The notes below the pieces were generated by a model that saw only the letters and a list, made by a program, of their open reading frames with translations, was not told where the DNA came from and ran no database searches. From Candidatus Bipolaricaulota bacterium (GTDB lineage Bacteria > Bipolaricaulota > Bipolaricaulia > M55B111): DNA of 64,000 nt. The stretch is taken from contig JAGYME010000006.1 in assembly GCA_018400715.1 (NCBI GenBank), positions 611-64,610 on the forward strand, written 5' to 3'. Shown piece after piece: positions 29,435-38,000 of this stretch (the first letter of the stretch is position 1; the number at the start of each line of letters is the position of its first letter). Made by a program: the position numbers and the translations under genes.

Positions 29435-29630
29435 TCACCTCGAAAATGTTAAAATCATTATATTTACCGCGGGTTAACTTATCAACCCCCAACTTTGTTC
29501 TGACCAGCTCCCTCTGGTCAAACCGGGTTTGGAGGGGAGTCTTTGGCATCAGCTTCCGGGTTTGTCGAGAGGACATGGGAAAGGTCGGCAAGTTCGGTAA
29601 TCGGAAGGAGTTTCGAGGCCGAGAATTTTC

Positions 29631-30635
29631 TCAGGTCGTAATCCGGGATAGATCTCCCGATTCGGCCGCCCCGCGGACCTCCCTGGCAATACGCCTTCCC
29701 GTGCTCATGGGCTCGTCGTAATAATAGGGGGAATAGGGCGACCCCTCCGGATAGAGGTTGGTTCCCGCAACTATCCTTCCGGAGACCTCGAAGGTAACGA
29801 ACTCGAGCTGGTCTGTACATATCGTCTCCAGGCAGAACGGACCGAATACCCCTGGTTCGAACAGCTCTTTTGAAGCATCCACCAGGCTCTTTCCCATTTC
29901 GTATAGCTGCGGAAGTAGAGATTCCCTGGCAACCAATGGCTTATTGCCCACGACGACGAAGCTCTTTTCTCCTTTACCCGCGCGGTAGTATTCATCAACG
30001 TTGGATTCATCACGACGGTCTATACCCAGGATTTCCAGCTTCTCATCTACAGGAGAGTAGTAGTAATGGGGATAGTACCTTGTGCCCTCTATCCACTCCT
30101 GTATAGTGTAGTCGTCGCCCGTCCCGGCTATCTTGTCGTGAAAATCCTCTTCAGAATCGACGAGAAAGAAACCCTCCCCGCCTTTCGCTCCGCTGAATTT
30201 AACTATGGCCGTACCATCAATATCCGCCGGGGAGTTGTAGTTTTTCGGCACCCTTATCCCGGCAAGATCGAGCCATTCCCTCTCTCTTTCCCGGTCCGAT
30301 TCCCACTGCAGTGTATACTTATTGCCAAACACCGGGACGTCAAAGTCGGCGAGCAGCCGGTCAGCCCCCACGTATTCGACGAAGGAACCGTGGGGGATAA
30401 TTACGACGTTTTTCTCCTTCAGCTCGGACTGAAATTCCTCGGAGAGAATGTCGGTGTAATCGTCGACGATTAGAAGTTCGTCCGGCCTCGCTTTGGAGAA
30501 GGATTCGTAGAGTTCCACCCTCTCGGGGGCGCAGATTCCAACTGTGGAAAGACCTTCGGTCCGGGCCCCATGAAATATTTGTAGGGCCGAGTGCGAGCAT
30601 ATCGTTCCTATTGCAGGAAGTTCGTTTGGGCTCAT
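29631..30635 (-). CDS. purP: 5-formaminoimidazole-4-carboxamide ribonucleotide (FAICAR) synthetase PurP, paralog 2
   Basis: N-terminal GTICSHSALQIFHGARTEGL..GIC and an ATP-grasp C-half, collinear with archaeal PurP. Confidence 0.85.
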   Translation of the reverse strand: MSPNELPAIGTICSHSALQIFHGARTEGLSTVGICAPERVELYESFSKARPDELLIVDDYTDILSEEFQSELKEKNVVIIPHGSFVEYVGADRLLADFDVPVFGNKYTLQWESDREREREWLDLAGIRVPKNYNSPADIDGTAIVKFSGAKGGEGFFLVDSEEDFHDKIAGTGDDYTIQEWIEGTRYYPHYYYSPVDEKLEILGIDRRDESNVDEYYRAGKGEKSFVVVGNKPLVARESLLPQLYEMGKSLVDASKELFEPGVFGPFCLETICTDQLEFVTFEVSGRIVAGTNLYPEGSPYSPYYYDEPMSTGRRIAREVRGAAESGDLSRITT

Positions 30636-31744
30636 GTTACCAACTCCTTAAGATCGCCGTTTTCCGCCGCCCGGATTAACTCCCATGCGATTCTCTTTCC
30701 GGAGCCGACTTCTTCCCCGTATTTGTACTTCATGTAAGGAGAGGTTGAGCCGAGTGCGGGAGAGCCGGGGACGCGGAGCGACGCGTCGAAAACCTCAAAC
30801 TCCAGTTCTTTCGTTAACACGCCCTGGAGGGCGAACAGGCCGATCATTCCCGGTGGGTATTCGTCCTTACATGCTTCCACAAACTTTCTCCCGGCCGTAA
30901 ATATCTTCTCCAGCTGCGATTCCCTCATTGTGACACCGTAATGCCCTACCTCGATGTTCTGATGGTCGACGTTAGCCTGAAGCTGCTCGTCCGCCGGCAG
31001 CCGCAGGAGACCGTCCAGGTCTGATTGAATCCTGCGGTCGAAACCCATTAGGTCTATTTCGTCAGTCAATGGGGACCAGAAATAGTTCGCGTTAAAGAGT
31101 CCTCCCAGAGCGACCTCTTCAATCGTTGCCTGTTTAAGATCCTCTTCGGTAATTATTCCCTCCTCGATTCTCCTTTCGGCCCTCGACTTGTACTCTTCGT
31201 AGCTTGAGGCGTAGAAGAAGGCCCGTTCCACGGACCTCTCCTTCTCCTGCACCTTAACTATGGACAACGAGTCGATATCCCGGGGTGAATCGAGCTCTTT
31301 CGGCCTCTTGATGCCAGCTACGTCCAGTAGGTCGTACTGGTTGTTCTCTTCATATCTCTCTTCGGCACGGAGGATTTGACGGTTACCAATAATCGGCACG
31401 GAAAACTCTTCCTCGACACGGTCATAACCCACGTATGTGGCGAACGACCTGTTAGGAACGAAAAACGTCCGCAAATCGCGCATTTGTTCCTGCACCTCAG
31501 GGTCGACTATGTTCTTAAATCTGTCGACGAGAATTATTTTGTCGAACAGGTTATCGTAGTGGTCGGTATAGGTGGACTCCCGGCCTCGCTCACATACCAC
31601 AAGCGTCTTCAGGTCCTCTTCCTTCGCACCGTAACCTATCTCCAGAGCGGAATGAGACCCGAGAACTCCAACAGTCAACTGGCTTTTTTCTTCGACTTCG
31701 TAGTCTTCAACCAAGCCGCGGACCTGGTCTAAATCAATTGACAT
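30632..31744 (-). CDS. purP: FAICAR synthetase PurP, paralog 1
   Basis: GVLGSHSALEIGYGAKEEDLKTLVVC plus the ATP-grasp half. 4-nt overlap with the downstream paralog. Confidence 0.8.
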   Translation of the reverse strand: MSIDLDQVRGLVEDYEVEEKSQLTVGVLGSHSALEIGYGAKEEDLKTLVVCERGRESTYTDHYDNLFDKIILVDRFKNIVDPEVQEQMRDLRTFFVPNRSFATYVGYDRVEEEFSVPIIGNRQILRAEERYEENNQYDLLDVAGIKRPKELDSPRDIDSLSIVKVQEKERSVERAFFYASSYEEYKSRAERRIEEGIITEEDLKQATIEEVALGGLFNANYFWSPLTDEIDLMGFDRRIQSDLDGLLRLPADEQLQANVDHQNIEVGHYGVTMRESQLEKIFTAGRKFVEACKDEYPPGMIGLFALQGVLTKELEFEVFDASLRVPGSPALGSTSPYMKYKYGEEVGSGKRIAWELIRAAENGDLKELVT

Positions 31745-31938
31745 TTATTTCACCTCAGAAACTACGCCGTTCTCACCTACGCCGGACGAGATAAGGACGT
31801 AGTGTTGTGTTGATTTTCTTTTTTGACATCCATAGAGGTTTTAGCATGATATTTATTACCCAGGTTATATTACCTATTGGTGATTTCATCAAGCAATCGA
31901 TATTTCTCGTTAAGGATCAGAGATTGGGCTAACCTCGC

Positions 31939-32364
31939 TCAAAAGTCCGCGTCTCTCCCCCGCTTTATCAGGCCCAACAAGAAATCCTCATCGCCCCATT
32001 CCTCCGTGCCCTCTCCAGAGGACAGGGTCTGTTCTAGTTTGGAGGGGTCCAATAGATACTTCTTTACAAGAGAAAAGTAGTCGGCGAGGAAATCCCTAGC
32101 ATATCTGAGTTTCTCTTTGCTTTCATTCATTGGCACTTCTGTTATGACTCCCTCCGTTAGCTTAAGTCGTCCGTCATTACCTACTTCCAAATCCAAATTG
32201 TCCAGGTGAAACCATTTGGACTCGACCAGGGAATTTGCCGCTTCCGGCCTACTGGAAAACCACTCTGCTGTAATTTTCCCAAGTATCATCCCTTCTAGAG
32301 TACTTATTGCAAGACCCTCAAGAGAATCATATTTTTCAGCCAATTTTCGCAAGTCCTTATTCAT
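31939..32364 (-). CDS. hypothetical protein (141 aa)
   Basis: Clean ORF with coding-like composition. Only a weak Roadblock/LC7-like feel in the N-terminus (LEGLAISTLEGMILGK). No confident family. Confidence 0.4.
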   Translation of the reverse strand: MNKDLRKLAEKYDSLEGLAISTLEGMILGKITAEWFSSRPEAANSLVESKWFHLDNLDLEVGNDGRLKLTEGVITEVPMNESKEKLRYARDFLADYFSLVKKYLLDPSKLEQTLSSGEGTEEWGDEDFLLGLIKRGRDADF

Positions 32365-32570
32365 ACACTATCCCCTACCGGTTTCCAAATACCTCTTGTG
32401 GATCAAACCCACACACAATTATATTATCCGATCTCGTCATCGTAACAAAATATCCAAATTCGGCCGGATATCATCAACTTTGCATTTATTTTTGATACGA
32501 TGTATCTTAACGTTACGTATTCTATTATCTCATCCATTATTGGGTATTGATAAAATCGGAGGTTATACCT

Positions 32571-33098
32571 ATGACCAACCTGAAAAGTTTTTCTGTGACC
32601 AGATGTATTTTTATATTGGCAGTTTCAGTCCTTATCGTTGGTGCATCGATAGTGGCCTACGGCGGGGACGCAAATAACGGTTTGAATAGTTTAAGTTTCA
32701 ATATCGACGGGACGTACATGGAAGAACCCGCGGTATTTTCGTACTGGTTCGACAAGATCAATACCGAAAACGAGCTCTTCCGCATGACCGTGACGAGCAA
32801 GCAAGCTGACGACAAAGTCCTGCTGGAGTGGATAATCGACAAGGGCAACCAGACTTCTTATTACAAGGATAGCGAAAATACAGGTGGAACGTGGCAGACA
32901 GTTCCCTATATGTCCAGCTTGTGGTCTAGATTTAGGGATCCGGTGTTAAACGGAAAGGGAGTGGACTTCTGGCTTGGCTTAGAAGGGGAAGAGGAATACA
33001 TCGTCATGGAAGACGAACAGGGCCAGGAACAAGAGGTCAAGATCTATGACATCAAGGTCAACGAACCTGTTGACAGCGAGGTTTTCGAGCCACAATAA
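32571..33098 (+). CDS. secreted hypothetical protein, possibly LolA-like fold
   Basis: ATG 32571 preceded by GGAGGT with a 6-nt spacer (preferred over the track start 32547). Signal/TM helix, then a beta-rich sequence ending VKIYDIKVNEPVDSEVFEP. Confidence 0.5.
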   Translation: MTNLKSFSVTRCIFILAVSVLIVGASIVAYGGDANNGLNSLSFNIDGTYMEEPAVFSYWFDKINTENELFRMTVTSKQADDKVLLEWIIDKGNQTSYYKDSENTGGTWQTVPYMSSLWSRFRDPVLNGKGVDFWLGLEGEEEYIVMEDEQGQEQEVKIYDIKVNEPVDSEVFEPQ

Positions 33099-33265
33099 CT
33101 TTTACTGCTCTCTGTTTCTTTTGCCGGTAACAACGAAGGTTTGAAACGAGGTGAAGCTTTGTGAAGCGCTAATTTAATTCTAATTACGGCAACTTCATGA
33201 TGAATGCCGGGTCAAATCACTCCCTGCATTAAGGCGAAAAGATTTTGCTTGTAGAGCAGTCTTTC

Positions 33266-34969
33266 TTATACGGAAATCGCCAGGTCCCCTTCTTCTGCCT
33301 CGAAACTGCCGAGAAGTTGGGCCCGACACGCCTTATCGTATACATCTATGATGACGATTTTACCTTTTGGGTCTTCCGTTTTGGGTATGACTTCGATCAA
33401 TTCACCGGTATCCGGGTCTGAAACGGTCTTGGCAGCGTACAATGAGAAGACCTCATCCACCTTGACTCCTTCTTTCTTGCCGCAATTTCCTGCTATGCCA
33501 CCGAGAATAACGGTATTCTCACCAGCAAGGTTAATAACTTGGCACCTTAACCCTTTAGGCTTCCCTTTGCCGTTTTCACCGCCAGTACTGGGTGACTTTC
33601 CTCGCTGCTCAAGTAGAATCGAAGAAGAATCGTTTAAGACCCCTGTCAGTTCTGCGGCAACAGTGGCTAGGGTCTTTTCCACCGCTTCTCCCACTATACT
33701 GTCGGCAAATTCCTTCGTCCCAAACGTAACCTGGTTGACCCAGGCCGAAGGGCTGGTTCCGGAGCTCACAGAAAAGTTCTTGCTTGCCACGACGTTCCAC
33801 GATGAATCAAGCAGTTTTACGCTGTAACTTCCGGATGTTAATGAGGGCGAGGGGTTCCAGTTCCACGTTGCACAGTTGTTTGAAGGGGATGTCGACTGGA
33901 ACAACAAGGGCGGAGTTATGGAAAACCCCCCGGAATCGAAAAACTGGACAGTAAAGGTGGACGGCGGAGTGGGGTCCAAGTAACCTACGGTGACGATCTC
34001 TCCCGGAGCGTAGACGTTTTTATCCGCCCTGAACCCACCTGTGCATACGCTAGTGCTTACCTGAGATATAGAATTGATCATCGCTCCTACATTGAACGAC
34101 GCGCTCGTCTGTCCTTCCGCTTTTCCCGTAGCTGAACCCCCGGAGAGTATCTCCCCGGTGTAGGCACTTATCACCCGATAGGTCATATTCACTCCCACGG
34201 TGGCCCCAGTAACCGTCAAAAAACCCAGACTTATTCTGGACTTCCTTATGTCAATACCTGTAACGCTCCCAGCAATTATGGCATCCGCTCCTATCGGGGA
34301 TGAGGCCATTGCCAGATCTGAATTGTTCGATGGGTTGAGTCTTTGCTCGAACAGAACCCTTTCGATCTCTTGCCTTTCCAGAACGTGAAATCCACTATTC
34401 ACCAACTTCTCGATTATCATATCAGCCAAACCATGGCTGACGTTGGCAAAGCCCGTGTTGCTTCTGTCCTCAAAGCTCACGACGGCAACGGTTAGGTCCC
34501 TAGCCGAGGATCCGGCGGCCGGTTGAGCGTTCACAACAGTTTGCGTCAAACTATTATTATCTTCGTTCGTTTCAGCTACTTTGTCGAAGGGGTCATCCAC
34601 AACAGCCTTCAACTGGTTCTCACCTGGCTGGACAGACCAGGAAAAAGTTACCGTATCAGTTTCTCCAGCGTCCAGACCAAAAGCTATCGGCTTGTGGTCT
34701 ACCCGATCGCCATTTACGTAGAGTCGGACGTAGAAGCGATCGGTATCATCCGCACCTTGATTTAACACTTCCACACTAACTTCTACCCGATCACCTGGTG
34801 AAGGATTACGGGGAGAGATATTCAGATTCGACACCACGAGGTCAGCTCCATCTGCAGAAAGTCCAATATGACTACAAATTAGGGTTATGAGAAGTGCAAG
34901 TGAAAGCATAATCAATACCGGCAGTGGAGATATATTATCTGCATTTTTTCGCCGTAAGATCTTGCCCAT
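33266..34969 (-). CDS. secreted CARDB-domain plus CsgG-like-domain protein
   Basis: Signal/TM at the N-terminus. CARDB-like aa 42-141 (nt 34547-34846: DLVVSNLNISPRNPSPGDRVEVSVEVLNQG...NEDNN). CsgG/COG1462-like aa ~158-300 (nt 34070-34498: TVAVVSFEDRSNTGF..GLADMIIEKLVNSGFHVLERQEIERVLFEQRL..GADAIIAGSVTG). Ser/Thr-rich beta domains follow. Confidence 0.6.
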   Translation of the reverse strand: MGKILRRKNADNISPLPVLIMLSLALLITLICSHIGLSADGADLVVSNLNISPRNPSPGDRVEVSVEVLNQGADDTDRFYVRLYVNGDRVDHKPIAFGLDAGETDTVTFSWSVQPGENQLKAVVDDPFDKVAETNEDNNSLTQTVVNAQPAAGSSARDLTVAVVSFEDRSNTGFANVSHGLADMIIEKLVNSGFHVLERQEIERVLFEQRLNPSNNSDLAMASSPIGADAIIAGSVTGIDIRKSRISLGFLTVTGATVGVNMTYRVISAYTGEILSGGSATGKAEGQTSASFNVGAMINSISQVSTSVCTGGFRADKNVYAPGEIVTVGYLDPTPPSTFTVQFFDSGGFSITPPLLFQSTSPSNNCATWNWNPSPSLTSGSYSVKLLDSSWNVVASKNFSVSSGTSPSAWVNQVTFGTKEFADSIVGEAVEKTLATVAAELTGVLNDSSSILLEQRGKSPSTGGENGKGKPKGLRCQVINLAGENTVILGGIAGNCGKKEGVKVDEVFSLYAAKTVSDPDTGELIEVIPKTEDPKGKIVIIDVYDKACRAQLLGSFEAEEGDLAISV

Positions 34970-35079
34970 GAAATCACCCCTTTCGCGCCAGTCTATTCAT
35001 CAAATGCCTGGATAGAAATTGTCTTGTAAAGATCCTCTGCAAAAACTACCGGGAGGGAAAGCCTCCCGGTAGTTGATAT

Positions 35080-38000
35080 TCAGTAATTTATTTTCAGAAC
35101 CGCCCAATCGACGCTGGAATCGTCCTGGACAGCGATATCGAGTACTTGTTCTGTCTCCATCAGGGATAAGATCGACGGACTCAAGTTCAGGGTGATTACA
35201 TCCGTTTCGCCCAGACCGAGGTAGTCCGACAGTGGTTCGGTCTCCGCCCATCCACCGGCGGATATGACACCGAGCCGCAGCGTATCGTTGCCGCCACCGT
35301 TTTTGACGCGGATCTTCAACTGGGCGGACTCAATGTCACACCCTGGAGCGACGGAGACCGGCAAATGGAACGTGTGAGCCCAATATCGGTCTGGGGTCTC
35401 GTCGTCGCAACCCTTCAACTTGTTGCACCCATCAGGGTTTTCCGGGTAGAAGTAGGTGTTATCTGCAGCGTAGTGATCGTTTACCCAGTCTGTCAGGGCC
35501 TGTCTGGGGTTTGAACCCTCGACCCCGTCAAAGCAGTCTCCGCGTTGACAGACGTGGTACTCCATCGTCTCCGGGCAGGGGCATTCCGGGGGTTGCTGGA
35601 AGACCTTTAGGGCAATTACACATTGCGGACAGACCACGTCGCCACACAGGGCATTTAGATGTAAGTGGTAATGGTGTTCCCCGGGTGGAGGGGTAAAATC
35701 AGCCGGCAGGCTAAATCCGGAGTGGGGGCTAGGCAGCACGGAGCCCGGGTCAACCGGTGTCAGGTTCCAAGAATAGCTTGGTCCAATATCACCGCAACCA
35801 ATACAATCGATACTCGAGTCTACCGTGACCGTCCCCGATAATTCAGGTATTGCGACGCTGTCTTGCGTGCAGGTGCCCGTGCTGGAGTGAGAAGCCCCTG
35901 CGCTATCCTCCCAGGAAAACTCTACAACGTTCCAGTCCCCGCAGTCGCATTCGCCCTTAATTTGGAATTGGACTCTGAAGGGCTCACATTCGTGACCGTC
36001 ACATTCCGGAACGATCTCCAGCATATATGTCCCCGGTTCTTCCAGCAACGTCGCGTCAAACGAGAGTGGACTCATTTGCGAACTTCCCGTCGCGGTTGAA
36101 GCCAAGGTGTCACCATCAGGCCCGTAAAGGGTCCAGAAGTAATAGTCCATACACTCTGGCAACCAGGAAGGCTCGCATTTATAGTATGGAACTACATTCA
36201 CCGGAGGGGTTACCACGGGAGGACTGCCTGGAGTATAAGTGATGTTATTGATAATTACGTCGGGAACGTCGTTGTCGTCACCGTCCTTCCATTTTCCACA
36301 TTTACATTTGTAGTAAGGACCTTCACCAACATAAAATGCCAGGTCTAGTGACCGGTTGCAGTCGTCCGGGCGGAGAAGTTTGTCCTCGACCTCAAACTCA
36401 TCATTCGTAACCGCACCCCAGACGGCGTCACAGTACCGATGGTACTTGCTGGAGGCCCAGCCCCAGCGCAGCTCTGGCTCCTTTATCTCGGGTTTGATAA
36501 TTAACCAGTACTTTTTCCCTTCTTTCTGCTCGAACGGATCGGGGATCTTGTTAATTCTGTACCGATAAAACCTCTTGTGGTTGTAGGAGTCCGCGTCCCC
36601 GGGACATTCATATTCATGGTTGTACCAGTTGAGCCAGCAGCAATCCCCGGCAGCATGGACGTCAAAATCGGTAAATTTGTCTCTCCACAGTATCTCTCCG
36701 GGCTCACAGTCCCCATCGTGTTCGGCGATCATTATTTCAAAACTCTTTATCGTACCAGCGTCGCCCGGGTACTCTTCCTCGATATCGTCAAAGTCTTCCC
36801 ACGAACCCCAGAACTGGATAAACGAGACAGGTCCGGACTCATCACACTCCCAATCGTCGGCCAGCCAGACTTCCTCTCCATCTATTTCGCCGCACTCCAC
36901 GTCCCAGCCGTTCCAGTAGGGCCACATGGGCTGGGTCATCTTGTGTTCGTGGCCTCCATTATGTGGGTAACACTTCCCGCAATAACCGGCTGCGAAGATA
37001 TCCTCGAAGAACTCTGGGTCCATGGCAGCGGAGTATATTTCCGCCTCGTCGATTAGCCCGTCAAAACTATCAGCGGGTACTTCGTGGTCCCTGCCAAACC
37101 AGAGTGCACCTGAATTGTCAAGGTCTCCAACTCCATTAAGGGCAAGCATCTGCGTATCGCCATTAACCCGTAGATGCATCTTTCCCTCGTGTCTGTTTAC
37201 AATTACCCCAATGAAGTTCCACCTATCGGGATCGACCGTGAGGTCCGAAGTATACCAGCCGTTCAAATACACCTTGAAAAGTCCGCTATCTGGTTTAGCT
37301 CTAAGTGCGTAACCTTCTCCATCATCCCGTTTATCGACGAAGGTTCCGAAGTTCTCGGTCGGCTTGATCCAGGTGTCAATGGAAAAATCTTCTTTACCAA
37401 AGTTTAGCTCTGGATGGCTTGAAACCCAGGCGAAGTTTTCCTCGTAACCGGTCCCAGCCGATGGGTTCTCACCCACGTCTATGGCGCCGCTTTTGATCCC
37501 GTCCCCGAGTCTGGGCGCGCTCCCGTCCTTAGTCCACCAATCGTAGTGGCCGTCTTTTATTTCCTGATGACAGTGGTTAAACGGCCACCAGGCAACAAGG
37601 TCCGTCCACTCGGGACTTGGGTCGGGTGGGCTGATATCTATACATTTGCATCTGACTTTCAGGGTAAATACAAACCTATCGCACGCTTGACCGTCACAAT
37701 GGGGTACCAGCGTTACTTCATACTCCCCCGGACCATTTAGGTCCCCCGGATCCAGGGTAATTGTTCCCGTCACGTGATCATCGGAACTGCTAAAGCCCTG
37801 TTGTACCCCCATACCTTCTATTTTCCAGTTATAATAAACTGGATCCTGACAAGATCCCTCGCATACGTAACTGGGATCTATATCCACCGGTAGATCTTCC
37901 CCGTCAACCGCGATCGTACCTCCAGCGGTTACTGGATTATTGTCAATTAGGACTTCCTCCCATTCCTCACAACTACAGGGCCGAATTCCGACAACCGTAG

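Noticed and set aside
29347-29820. ORFs 29347..29721 (+) and 29518..29820 (-) in the trpE-purP spacer
   Set aside because: They overlap the purP 3' end and the trp leader, have low-complexity Ser/Pro/Arg composition and no SD. The leader mini-ORF and hairpins explain the region better.
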